From Octopus sinensis (taxonomy: Eukaryota): a DNA stretch of 64,000 nucleotides. The DNA lies in the NCBI RefSeq assembly GCF_006345805.1, contig NC_043005.1, forward strand, positions 105,028,001 through 105,092,000, written 5' to 3'. The notes below the pieces were generated by a model. That model was not told the DNA's origin. It ran no database searches and was given only the letters and a program-made list of their open reading frames with translations. The first letter of the stretch is position 1; every line of letters begins with the position of its first letter. The translations under genes were made by a program, and so were the position numbers. This document shows positions 1 to 13,350 of this stretch, in pieces.

Positions 1-611
1 TATGTATGTATGTATGTATGTATGTATGTATGTATGTATGTATGTATGTATGTCCACAATATGCATACGCGTTGGTCTGTGCTTTTCTACATCAACACAT
101 GCATACATGTATAGACAAGACCTGACAAAATAAAGTCCGTCTTCCTCTACAATACATTTTTATTCAGATATTTCAGAAGACATTTTTCTCTTACTATTTA
201 CTCAATTCTTTTAATGTTGATAAATAAGAGACATCCATCAACTGTTAGATTTATGAAATTATCTGAAATGATTTTCCTTTTTATGAAATAACTCAACATC
301 AATTTAAGAACTTTACACAAACGTTACCAGATTGAAGCAATATATCTTCTGAATGGGGGTCGATTTTGAATAGACCAAAACAAGGTCAACATGTCAGATA
401 TATCTCGATTTTTCTTTTTTTCTTTTTCAGTTTTATTTATTTATTTTTTCACTTAACAACGAAGTTTTCTTCTTGGTTGGTGATTGTTAGGATATAAACA
501 ATATGGTTGTTATAGGTTGATTGTTTCACATAAATAAAGATTTACAAATAGTATTTCCCAGAATATCGATAAGGACTCCTCGTTTAAACGAAAGCGCCCG
601 TGCACCGAAAA

Positions 612-800
612 TTTAGAAATAGCAGCGAAAGACAGCTTATTCCTATTTACTACAGATATTATTCTACAGATAACAATATTTGTAACTCACATAGACAAAG
701 GAAGAAAAACAACGGAATCAAACAGTCTTCGATTAATTGTGGACGTGTTTCTGGGTTAGAATTATACAAATTCATTAACGTCCTCAGCACAGTTAATGAA

Positions 801-846
<46 letters not shown>

Positions 847-1076
847 AATACATGCATGCATATATGTATGTATATACAATGATTGCTTCTTTTTCACTGT
901 GCTGTGGACGTTAATGAATTTGCATAATTCTATCCCAGAAACGCGTCCACAATTAATCGAAGACTGTTTGATTTCGTTGTTTTTCTTCTTTTGCCTATGT
1001 GAGTTACAAATATTGTTATTGTGGAATAATATCTGTACTAAAAAGGAATAAGCTGTCTTTCGCTGCTATTTCTAAA
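612..1076. repeat. Long inverted repeat, ~180-bp arms around an (AT)n-rich spacer
   Basis: 612-792 (tttagaaatagcagcg...cagcacag) is the reverse complement of 897-1076 with scattered substitutions; no clear TSD. Confidence 0.92.
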
Positions 1077-1101
1077 TGTTAGGGTTATACATGCGAACAT
1101 A

Positions 1102-2275
1102 CAGAGTGCGTAAGGTATTTGATGACATACCTTTTTTGGGTCATTGCTGCATTTTTGCTAACTCTGTATAATCTTTGTTACAGAAAATAATAATGGCAGA
1201 CCTTCAGCTTACTCAAGAAATGAAGAGGCATCCTGTTATTGTGGTTATAAAGGCTGAGCAAAGAGATTTAGAAATATCTCGATTTTTAAAAGTTGCTATA
1301 TCTTTTGTCTGCAAAGTTTGTAAAGAGTTAGAGACTGAAGATGGAAAAATTATCACCAGTATGAAAGCATAAAAAGCATTCTAAACGCTCTGAAATCATC
1401 AGAACACCTGAATTTATCCAGCAAGTTCAACAGACCATTGATTACAATCCCAGAAAGTCCATGAGGTCAATTGCAAAAGATACCCATGTGTCAGAAGGAA
1501 CAGTCAGATATGTCCACGAAGACATTGGATATAAGTCTTATACGATGAGTAAAGGCCAATTTATCAGAAAAAAAAAACAAAAGAAAATCACTACATTGGA
1601 TCTAAAATGTTTTCAAACTGAAAAACCCATCAAAAGATTTGATTTGCGTTTTCTCAAACGAGAAGAACTTCGGCCAAGATTTAAAAAGTTAACAAAATTT
1701 CCTGCAACTGTCATGGTTATAGTGTTTGTAAGCAATGAAGGACGTGATGCCTCCTTACTTCTTTCCACAAAGCCTTAGAGTTAACTCTGTCGCCTACATT
1801 GAGGTCTTGGAAATAATTGTTAAGCCCTGGATAGACAGTGTATGCAATGGAAGGCCATATGTGTTTCAGGAACACTCTGCACAACCACACAGTAACACAG
1901 GAATAAATGGCTGAAAACTTTTATCACATAACCCCTAATATTTGGCCTCCTAATTCCCCAGATCTCAATCCCTTGTACTATTACATGGGAAGCGTTTTTG
2001 AGAGAGAGTGATCAATGAAAACGCCCATAACACCAAAGATACTTTGAAAGCTGTCATAGTATAGTCAGAGTAATGTCCAAAATGAACTAGGACCATTTGA
2101 TGATTTAGACCTCATATCGAAGCAGTTGTTGAGGTTGAAGGTGGCATTATTGAATAACTTTATAGAAAAGGTTTATTTTTACCCTCATAACATTTTTTGA
2201 TAAAGTTGTCATCTGTTATTATATATCTGTGTTTTTATAAATATAAATCTGTCCTCAAATATCTTACGCACCCTA
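1102..2275 (+). mobile_element. Degenerate Tc1/mariner-superfamily transposon, DD37D/maT-like
   Basis: Imperfect ~26-bp TIRs (cagagtgcgtaaggtatttgatgaca / tgtcctcaaatatcttacgcacccta) flanked by TA; frameshifted transposase pieces RTPEFIQQVQ..NPRKSMRSIAKD..GYKSY, KFPATVMV..SNEG, EVLEIIVKPWIDSV, WPPNSPDLNP. Confidence 0.88.
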
Positions 2276-2719
2276 TATATATAACAGTTTGACTCCGTTC
2301 CATATGGCTTAAAGTTTCGTGAAGACGGAGGACGAACCCATCTCACTGATATTTGATCACTTTTTGTATCTTCCTGGCTATCTGCATATCATTCCCTTTT
2401 TGTTATTCTTCCTCATCTCTATCTCTCTCTCTCTTTCTCTCTCTCCATCCCTCCCTCTCCCTCATTCTCTTTGTATTTATCTCTCGCTCTCCATATCTAT
2501 TCATCAAGTGTTATCAAAATAACGTTGCCGATGCTATTGCTGTCCATGTTGTTGTCGTTGCATTTTAGAAAACAAAATACTTATGCGAAAAGAAAAAAAC
2601 AATAACATCCACAACACTTAACTATGACAAAATTAATATCACTATTTCCAATGACAAAACCAAATTGATATATTATCGGGAAAACATGAAAGTGAGTCAA
2701 TAAGCTTACTGATTCATAA

Positions 2720-2844
2720 AGACACACCTGCATACATACACACATACATACATACATACAAACATACATACATACGTGTTTCAGGAAGACTCTGCACAAC
2801 CACACAGATCTATCTATCTATCTATCTATCTGTCTGTCTATCTA

Positions 2845-2900
<56 letters not shown>

Positions 2901-3120
2901 TCTATATGAATCTGGGGCCATGTGGCTGGGATACAAACGTCATACATACATACATACATACATACATACATACATACATACATACATACATAAATACATA
3001 CATACATACATACATACATACATAAATACATACATACATACATACATACATAAATACATACATACATACATACATACATACATACATACATACATACATA
3101 CATACATACATGCACATACG
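2720..3120. repeat. Compound microsatellite (CATA)n/(TCTA)n/(TCTG)n
   Basis: Direct inspection. Confidence 0.95.
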
Positions 3121-3349
3121 TAAATGTGTAATCCATTTTCATTGCGTTACCAAGACATAATAACCCATCATATTGCTGGAAATAATGCCAGAAAAATATA
3201 TTCTCATAAAAAAGTCACCAACCACCTACAACAATAACATCTATGTCAACGAATAACAACAACAGTAATAACAACAACAGCAGCAGTGCATAATCAATTT
3301 GCTAATAGGTTCATAGCAATTCTGGAACATGATGCTTGTCTATATAAGA

Positions 3350-4345
3350 TGCGTTTTTATATTTGCATGCATGTTTACATGTATGTATATATGCGTGTAT
3401 GCATGTATGCATGTATGCATGTATGTATATATGCGTGCATGCATGCATGTATGTATGCATGTATGTATATATGCGTGTATGCATGTATGCATGTATGCAT
3501 GTATGTATATATGCGTGTATGCATGTATGCATGTATGCATGTATGTATGTATGTATGTATGTATGAATGTATGTATGCATGTGTGTATGCATGTATGTAT
3601 GTATATGTATATATGTATGTATGTATGTATGAATGTATGTATGCATGTGTGTATGCATGTATGTGTGTATGTATAAATGTATGTATGCATGTGTGTATGT
3701 ATGTATGTACATATGTATGCATGTGTGTATATATGTATGTATGTATGTATGCATGTATGGATTTACGGATGAATGTATGTATGAATGTATGTATATATGC
3801 ATGTATGTATGTATGTATGTATGTATATATGTATGTATGCATGTATGTATGTACGTATGTATGCATGTATGTATATATGTATGTATGTATGCATGTATGT
3901 ATGCATGTGTGTATGTATGTATGTATGAATGTATGTATGTATGGATGGATGTATTTATGAATGCATGTATGAATGGATGGATGTATACATGCATATATAT
4001 ATGAATGTGTGTATGTATGTATGTATGTATGTATGCATGTATGTATGTATACATGTATGTATGTATGCATGTATGTATGTATGCATGCATGTATGTATGT
4101 ATGCATGCATGCATGCATGTATATATGAATGTGTGTATGTATGTATGTATGTGTGTATGTATGTATGTATGTATGCATGCATGTATGTATGTATGCATGC
4201 ATGCATGTATGTATGTATGCATGCATGCATGTATATATGAATGTGTGTAGTATGTATGTATGTATGTATGTACGTATGTGTGTATGTATGTGTGTATGTG
4301 TGTGTGTAGGGGTTCACATGTGCGTGTGACTACGAGTGTGTTTGT
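3350..4345. repeat. ~1-kb degenerate (TATG)/(CATG) microsatellite with higher-order units
   Basis: Direct inspection; source of the spurious 224-364 aa ORFs. Confidence 0.95.
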
Positions 4346-4372
4346 ATGTATATACAAGTCTTCTTTCTGCAG

Positions 4373-4437
4373 AACACCTAGCATGTGATATCTATAGACA
4401 TGCAAGCAGTTCTAGCATGTCTGCAGATAATTTTTAG
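4373..4437 (+). CDS. Candidate 65-nt exon, product unknown ((E)HLACDIYRHASSSSMSADNF-stop)
   Basis: Acceptor tcttctttctgcag and donor tag|gtaagt; one open frame ending in TAG at the donor; no homology recognised. Confidence 0.2.
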
Positions 4438-4469
4438 GTAAGTAACGTATAGCGTAACTGATTGATTAC

Positions 4470-4470
4470 T

Positions 4471-4532
<62 letters not shown>

Positions 4533-4867
4533 GACAGTAATTTTGTTGTTGCAACTGTTGCTTTTATTGGTGGAATTGTGACGTATAATGAAGAGGCAGA
4601 AATTATAGTTAGAGAGAAATACCTATGTAATTGACAGTCCCATGTATGACTACCGTACACATACACGCACACGTACAGACACACATGCGTCCGCGCACAC
4701 ACATACACAAACTTAAAGAATATATGAATACATATGTGTGTGTGTGTGTGTGTGTGTGTGTTTATATATATATATATATACACACACATATATATATATA
4801 TATACATACATACATACATATATATATGTATATATATGTATATATATATGTATATATATATATAGAT

Positions 4868-4905
<38 letters not shown>

Positions 4906-4906
4906 T

Positions 4907-4992
<86 letters not shown>
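4470..4992. repeat. (TTG)n and compound (GT)n/(TA)n/(GATA)n microsatellites
   Basis: Direct inspection. Confidence 0.95.
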
Positions 4993-4993
<1 letters not shown>

Positions 4994-5593
4994 CATTAAA
5001 AGTCAACTTGAATCTTGCTTGCTAGCAATGTTACCCAGTAAAAGTGGCGCATGATGGGAAAATACTATGAATTAAGTACCCTGAAATGTAAATACGAACG
5101 AATGAAGACAAATTTCGCGTAAATCTGACAAACGGTTGTAAAGATATTAGGTGTTTTCGGGGTATAAATACCCAAAACGGTGCATAATGGGAAATGTTCC
5201 GAAAATAATTTAATCCTGAAAGGGAAGAAACCTTTAGATTAGTGACTTGACAACGAAAAATTACGTAAGTGTTTCTATTTTCGCTTTTGTTAAACACAAT
5301 ATTTACACAATATTTAGAAATATTTTAAAGTGGATGTGATTTCAAAAATGTAAGTAGGTTGTACAGTAAGTATTTATATTCTAGCTTTCATTAAACAGAC
5401 AATGTTTTATGTTTTTTAAAGTCATTTTCAAGTGAATACCATTACAAAAATTGTTTTGGCATATTCAAAGAATATTTTAAAGTAAAAATGGCTTTATAAA
5501 CACGGTAAATATTTTGTGAAAGACCCGTTCGTAACCCCGGTTTGAAATAATTTTTTCCATCCATTTTTTTCGAGTGCATTCAACCTATCTTAC

Positions 5594-5773
5594 CTCCAAA
5601 TATTTTGCTGCTATTTCTATCACGTAACAGCTATTTGCGATAACGGACCTGAAATACCTGTTACATGGTAGCAGTGTGTGCAAGAAATAGCAGGCAAATA
5701 TATCCTTTCCTGGGGAAAGCACCCGTTCATGCATGATTTCGATGTCACATTCGATGAAAGCATGCGAAATAAC
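5594..5773 (-). CDS. Candidate internal coding exon, 180 nt, phase 0-0, product unknown
   Basis: Acceptor ttattttttcttttccag, donor GAG|GTAAGA, exactly 60 codons open in one frame (VISHAFIECDIEIMHERVLSPGKDIFACYFLHTLLPCNRYFRSVIANSCYVIEIAAKYLE); non-repetitive sequence. Confidence 0.4.
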
Positions 5774-5861
5774 CTGGAAAAGAAAAAAATAACCTACAAA
5801 ACAAAACTCCTTTGCTGGGAAACACAAAGTCTCCCGGTAGTCTAATATATATATATATATA

Positions 5862-6172
5862 TATCACCGTGATCACCGTGACCGACTAGGCTATCAGATA
5901 TTGCTATACATCGCTGGTCACAATGCGCTTCGCATTGTTTTAGCCTTCAAATGACGCAACCCCGCTGGTTGAGCGAGCAAGCCAACAGAAGAAAGAGTGA
6001 GAGAAAGTTGTGGCGAAAGAGTACAGCAGGGATCGCCACCACCTACTGCCAGAGCCTCGTGGAGCTTTAGGTGTTTTCGCTCTATAAACACTCACAACGC
6101 CCGGTCTGGGAATCGAAAACGTGATCCTACGACCCAAGTCCGCTACCCTAACCACTGGGCCATTGCGCCTCC
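5862..6172 (-). mobile_element. tRNA-derived SINE, family C head with its own 3' module
   Basis: Minus-strand head ggaggcgcaatggcccagtggttaggg..ttcgattccc (A/B boxes) shared with copies at 31380 and 40604. Confidence 0.85.
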
Positions 6173-6457
<285 letters not shown>

Positions 6458-6459
<2 letters not shown>

Positions 6460-6725
6460 GTAGGCACAGGAGTTGGTGTGTAGTAAGAAACTTGCTTAGT
6501 ACCGGATTCAGCCCCACTGCGTGTCTCCTACTATAGCCTCTGGCCGACCAAAGCCTTGTGAGTGTATATGGTAGAAGGAAACTGAAAAAATCCCGTCGTG
6601 AGCGTATATATGTATATCTTTGTGTGTTTGTGACTGTGTTTGTCCCCCGCCACCATTCGTTCAACTAAACCTCCGTAAGGCCTCAGTCAATGGCCTCAAT
6701 CAAATGACTGAAACAAATAAAAGAA
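6458..6725 (+). mobile_element. SINE family B, internally deleted copy
   Basis: ttggtgtgtagtaag..ctactatagcctctggccgaccaaagccttgtgagtg..ggaaactgaaa and tail caaatgactgaaacaaataaaagaat. Confidence 0.75.
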
Positions 6726-7139
6726 TATATGTGTGTGTGTATCGTCCTACGTAGGACTGCCACGTTGCGTTGACAAATAGACTTTACAGTACGATACTGT
6801 TACTATATTTCTCGCTTAGAGATCTAAAACTTGCGGCCAATATCCCTTAAATCCCTAGTTGTTACAGTCTTGTTGATCCCACAATCGGATCGTTTCTTCC
6901 TTGGCGTTTATGTGGCTAAATAATTCATTATGCCAATAAATGTTGTAATATTATTATGGTTTTCTGTTAAATATACACTCAATTTATGCCTAATATGCAT
7001 CATTACTCTTCATTTTCTGGAAAAAAAAATGTCTACTTTCATTCAAAATCTATTCGAGTCGTTCACTCGAATACTGAAAATTATGAAATAAAAAAGAAAG
7101 ACGTTACACAGAATAACGAAAGCATAACAGTACAGAGCA

Positions 7140-7720
7140 ATCTCTTCTGAAGGGTTTTCAAGCAAGGGACTACGAACAACTTCCAAAACTATTCAGAATG
7201 GCTGTGAAATGGTGGGGTAAAAGTAGAATTACTTGTCCGAGACGTGTAGTCCTCTAAGAACAGAAGCGCTGACAGACGAATCTGTTCGAGACGCGTGCAT
7301 GGTAGCGAAACTATCCTGCGTGCCATCACTCAATGTCCGTGCATGAGTGGCTCATTTCAAACAGCTGATGTCACATATAGGACAACTTCGGCTGTCAGCT
7401 GAGAATATTGAGGATATCAACGAACAACATTCCTTTTGCAGGGTGAAAAAATCTTCCTCTGGTTAGTGACTCTAGGAAAAGATGTTGTCTGAAATTTTTG
7501 AAGACAGTCATTGTCTTCACTGGCAAATTCTTCAAGTACCATTTGAAGAGGAAGTTAACGGTAGAAAGAGAGATGCTGCTTTCTAGTGTGTTTTTTTGGG
7601 AAGGGTAAAGGAAAATGGCTAAGTCTGAATAAGCTTATGCTGAGTACGTTTAACAGAAAAGAAATTGGATGACGGCACATTCAATGCCTTGGAGATGGAA
7701 GAGTAAACCGGGTCGCTTGA
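7140..7720 (+). mobile_element. Decayed L1/Tx1-like ORF2 C-terminal fragment
   Basis: Frameshifted peptides CPR..ETILRAITQCP (zinc-knuckle remnant), LMSHIGQLRLSAENI, FFKYHLKRKLTVEREML resemble the C-terminus of L1/Tx1 ORF2. Confidence 0.55.
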
Positions 7721-9874
7721 GTCAGGTTTCTTCTAAGAACTCTTGGCAGAGTGACCAATAATAGGAGATTTCTTTCTAGTTAGATGTTTATTGGAATTTT
7801 ATTTCTATATCCTTGTTCGATCGATGTAAACTCGATGTCTTGTAGTTAGTCCTTTCATATTGTACTCAAAATTTTAGATTTCTATGGTCAATGAAACACA
7901 TTGCTTTTTTATCATCATCATCATCATCACCATTATTATTATCATTATTATTATTCTTAAGGCGGCGAGCTGGCAGAATCTTGCGGTTCCAAAATTTTAG
8001 ACAAACAGGCTGCAAGGACTACTCTGAAGCAGATTCATGTTATTTTTAGCTGAGTGTACATGAAGTGCCTCTCGCATGGACACATTATACCACCTATTAC
8101 GAATCTCGAACCCACAACCTTACGATCGGGAGTCTAACAGCATAAGCTCTAGGCTACACGTCTTCGAAATCCACATGTAATAGGCGATAATACCAGTGTT
8201 TATTGTAGCTAGAGATATTTCATTACAAAACCATATTTCCTCTATACATCTCATCACCATCCTCACAGCATTTCCATTCCTCCATCGTTCCTTTAACGGA
8301 CAAACGGGATTCCACCCTCAAGGGATTTCCAATCATTGCTTGAATTAATTTTACATTGATTTAAATTACCAAAGGAATAATAAAAGAAAAAATATCGATA
8401 AATCTGCAAATTAAGGACACCGAGGAGTCGTCTCTCTTGACAATATTCGTCGTTAAAATATGAAAAAAAGCTCAGAATATTCCAATACCTGGACTTCCGT
8501 ACTGGCGAAAGCACGGTGCATTTATTTCAAACCTTGTTTAATTCTAACGATGCCATATTTACATTAATTTCCTTGCATTCCAAAACCATTACATTCCACA
8601 TCAACGAATTATTTGGTTATAGAACTAATTCGAACGTTCATCATCTCCTTTGCGAGATCTTCACTGCCATCACTTCTCCCCACCCACCAGTTTGAGTAGC
8701 ACACACCATTACAAATTGAATTTATTCAAGTAAAAAGTCCACAAGACATTGTACTGCCCCAAATCCACTTCTCTCTCGGCCAACTCCAGTCACTGAATGG
8801 ACATAAATTGAATTTTTGGAATTAGGTCAAGATTTGATATGGCTGTGTGTGAGTGTAACGTGCATACTGTAACAGAGAATAAGGTGTGTATTTGTATATA
8901 TGTCACTGTCAGATTGTGCGTGTGTGTGCGTGCGTTTATGTGTGTTTGCACATGCGTATCAGCCATTTTATGTGCTTGCACGGACGCGCATATATGTGTG
9001 ACGGAAGGCTTATGAATGTGAAAAATTAACTAAAGTTATGTATGCGTGTGTCCATGTGTGTGTGGTTGTGTGGTTGTGTGGATGTGATTGTAGGCGTATC
9101 CCTGTGTGGTTACCAAATATGAACGCATATTATTGTATTAGTATGTATATAGACGTTTATACATACATGCTATTTACATGCACATGTATACGTAAAATTA
9201 CGTTCATGTATGTTATATTGCACATGTGCGAATATATGCGCCACGGTATCTGTGTGGTTCACAAATGCATAGACGTACACATAAAGTACACACACACACA
9301 CTTGCTTGAATATTGAAATATCTTTATATGATTATGAGTTAGCCCTATATATGTAGATGCATGGATGTATAAATGCATGTACATATATAAGAGTGAGTGT
9401 ATATATATACACACATACATGCATATATATATACACACATACATGCATATACATATATAGAGAGAGATAGATATGTGTGTGTGTATGTGTGCGTGTGTGT
9501 GTGTGTCACATAAAGCTGAAAACAATGCAAAATTACATTTAGTGAAGTCTCATTTATCGAATCTACAGAATTACAATTCTGAAGAATCGACCAATGAAAC
9601 CGCAAAAAAAGAAAAATGCAATTCTCTCTTCTTTTCATCCCTTTCACATATCGTTTGTATTTGTTTTTTGATTTTGTGTTCTTTGTAGCTGCTTTTGCCC
9701 ACTAATTATGTATGGAGATATGCAAATATATGTGTGCATATATTCATCAACACCCATACGCGCATATGTGTGTCTCTGCATGTGTGTATGAGCGTGTGTG
9801 AGTGTGTGTATGTGAGAGAGAGAGAGAAATTAACTTAGAGACAAGAGCTGAAAGTGGGTAGTGGCATGAATGCT

Positions 9875-10003
9875 TTTCATCCTTCCGGGATGGATTAAAT
9901 AAGTACCAGTTATGCACTGTGGTCGATGTAATCGACTTAATCCTTTTGTCTGTCCATGTTTGTCCCCCCAATTTTTAGCCTTCTGTGGACAATAAAGAAA
10001 TAA
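9875..10003 (+). mobile_element. SINE family A core and tail remnant
   Basis: tttcatccttccggg..taagtaccagttatgcactgtggtcgatgtaatcgactt..aataaagaaata. Confidence 0.75.
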
Positions 10004-11462
10004 ATATTCTCATATGCTGGAAGGGGAGATAATTTCGAGAAATTTCGTGATTGAATGAATAGCCAAACTATCAGTTCTTTCTTGGAGACGAAAGAAAGCT
10101 CAGATGCGTTTCAGCATCAGTTTTGAATTATCAGCATAGCGCATGCCATGATTTTCGTCAAGAAAGTAACGGACATACAGAAAGAGCTTAGTAGATTCTT
10201 GGCCGTGGATATGACAAAAAAGTGCTATGAATGTGATTCAAAAGGGTTTGTTGCAAAAATTTGTCTTGAAAATTCAATGGGATGTGCTGGCTTGTGCCGG
10301 GCTGGGCTGGGCCGGTTTGAGATGGACTGGGTCGATTTAGAATAGGCACGACTAAATAATATTGTACACAGCAAATTGTTAATTTATGAAAATTTACTTT
10401 CAGCAAAAGAAAACAAAATCTTATTAATAATTTTTGTTACACTGCATGGTAAAGGCAGAATATTTCAAGCAATTAAGAATTTCATGGTTGAAATAACCAA
10501 TGAGGTGCTGTGTATAGCTGAGATGGTGTAGTGCGTAAATGGTATTGTTTAGTCTATCACTACTCCGATATGTTGTGCGAAAAACTATTATATAGTGTGG
10601 AGTGGGGTATCAACAGAGTAATGCAGTTTGCCGTATGGTGTACGACTGGTGTATTGTATTGCATGAACAGAGTAGTGTAGTGAATAAGCAGACGGGTTTG
10701 GAAGGGTGTACAAGGCATAACCAGAATGTGCGCTGCCTAGAGTAGCCCTTGAGTTTGACACATATTTTCCCCACAACTTAGCAATACAACCTATACAATG
10801 TTATACAGCAGACCCAAAAGTGCCGCCCTCATTAAAGCATCGCCCCGGGACAGACAGCCTTTCCCTCTATCTTTTGCTACTAGTGTATTCACAGTACGGC
10901 GGAGTGCCCGATGTGCGTGTGTCACAACGAGTTGTGCTTGTTATTGAGAGAACTGTACATGGTATTAAAACGTGGCGTAAAACTGAAGACGTGTAAATAT
11001 ATGAAAGAATCACGTGAAACCAGTCGATAACGAAGTGCAGAGCACTGGATGGTGGGGGAGGTTAGATTAGGTGGAAGAGTAGGGGGTATAGGTAGGGGGT
11101 AAAGAGTTCAGGTTAGAGGAAACTGAAACTATAATTCACGACTAGCAGAAATTTGGTAAACAAAATGTGTAAGACATTTTCTCGTTGTCCGAGCAGAATA
11201 CTAAAAAGACATAATTGGGACTAAACAGACGTATTTATGTGTGGATCCCTTTTCCCAATCATTCTAACATAAATGCAAATTTAATTACATACGTTTCGTT
11301 GGTCAAAAGTTTGACCTTTACAAAGAAAGGGGTAAGGGAATGAAAAGAAAAACAACGAGAACACTACTGTAAGTATACACATGCACACACACACATACAC
11401 ACATATACGATTTTATGTATGTGTGTAATACATAATGTACATACATATACACAAATGTATAT

Positions 11463-11496
<34 letters not shown>

Positions 11497-11984
11497 ACAT
11501 TTATATCTTATATATATAGAGAGAGACACAGACACACATATATATATATATATATAAAAGATATGTGTGTGTATGTGTAAGTATTATGTATACACATATA
11601 CTGACAAGTACACACTCACATGCAACAATAACTAGAATAAGGAGGGGACACCCAAAATGAAATTAATAGTTTCTGGAATGTCGTCAGTTACTTTCTAGAA
11701 TAAATATTAACTGTAATTACCGTGGTATGTTGATAGTATTTTAACTTCACCCATGGGCAGCCAATGGAGCGCCGAAGGAGAAGATAGTTAGAGAGAGGGG
11801 GAGAGTGAAACGGAGAGAAAGAGATAGAAAGAAAGATATCTATGGAGTAAATATATGTCTAGAGGTCACTCTTAATCCCTTGACATTCTTGTCAAAAATA
11901 CGAAGGGGATCGGTTAAAATATCAGTTATTATAGTTAATAATGATAACCCTTTCTACTATAGGCCTGAGATCTTGGAGAAGAAG

Positions 11985-12187
11985 AAAGTGGATTACATCG
12001 ACCCCAGCACCCAGCAGATACGTATTTTATCGACCCGGAAAGGATGAAAGGCAAAGTCGACTTCGGCGGCAGTTGATGATAATAATAATAATACTGACTT
12101 CAAATTTTGGCACTAGGTCAGCAATTTCGGGGTACTTATTTTATCGACTTCAAAAGGATGAAAGCCAAAGTCGAGCCCGGTGGCAGC

Positions 12188-12190
<3 letters not shown>
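11985..12190 (-). mobile_element. Two SINE family A core fragments
   Basis: gattacatcgacccc..gaaaggatgaaaggcaaagtcgac and a second, more decayed copy. Confidence 0.7.
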
Positions 12191-12252
<62 letters not shown>

Positions 12253-12287
12253 TAATAATAATATTGATAATAATATTAATAATAACT

Positions 12288-12621
12288 GAAGGCGCATGGC
12301 TCAGTGGTTAGAGCGTCGAGCTCACGATCGTGAGGTTGTGAGCTCAAATCCCGGACCGAGCTGCGTGTTGTGTTCTTGAGCAAGGCACTCTATTTCACGT
12401 TGCTCAAGTTCACTCAGCTGTAGAAATGAGTTGCGACGTCGCAGGTGCCAAGCTGTATCGGCCCCTTTGCCTTTCCCTTGGATAACACTGGCGGTGTGGA
12501 GAGGGAAGGCCGGTATGCATAGGCAACTGCTGGTCTTCCATCAACAACCTTGCCCGAAATTATGGCCTGGTAACTTTCTAGGTGCAATCCCATTGTCAGT
12601 GTCGTGACCGAAGGTGGTCTC
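12288..12621 (+). mobile_element. tRNA-derived SINE family D, near full length
   Basis: Head gaaggcgcatggctcagtggttagagcg..gctcaaatccc, central ttgagcaaggcac..cactcagctgtagaaatgag, tail shared with 40895-41073. Confidence 0.85.
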
Positions 12622-12654
12622 ATATACTACTACTAATAATAATAATGATAATAA

Positions 12655-12916
12655 TTGTCTTGATGTAAAAGATGAGCTACAGCAAATATTCTGTTTAATA
12701 CCACAGATTTGCTTTCCAGTTGTTTGACCTTAACCAGTTGACTATGTCCCTTTGTGGCCGACGATATGTGCATCTCTGATCACGAGCAGAAGTAGTGCGC
12801 GAGTATCATAACCATGTGTTGTGATGAGGAATTCACTGCAGTCTGAATTATTCACCTCTGGAAACATTGGTGTTTTGTTCAACGTTGTTAAACAACCTTT
12901 ATTTAGGGACCTTTTG
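12655..12916. repeat. Unclassified interspersed repeat E, partial copy
   Basis: Aligns to ~20863-21125 (gctacagcaaatattctg..taccacagatttgc..ttgtttgaccttaaccagttgac..ttcacctctggaaacat). Confidence 0.85.

Positions 12917-13350
<434 letters not shown>

Noticed and set aside
3286-4405. Long ORFs (224, 283 and 364 aa) and the many other YI/HT/CV/MY-repeat ORFs across the window
   Set aside because: Translations of TATG, TA, CA and GATA microsatellites that lack stop codons by composition
5594-5773. Selenoprotein reading (two in-frame TGA) in the third frame of the candidate exon
   Set aside because: The same frame also has TAA and TAG stops, and no SECIS is evident
11285-11322. Minus-strand hairpin followed by GAAACGTA (hammerhead-like 3' half)
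   Set aside because: No CUGANGA core upstream
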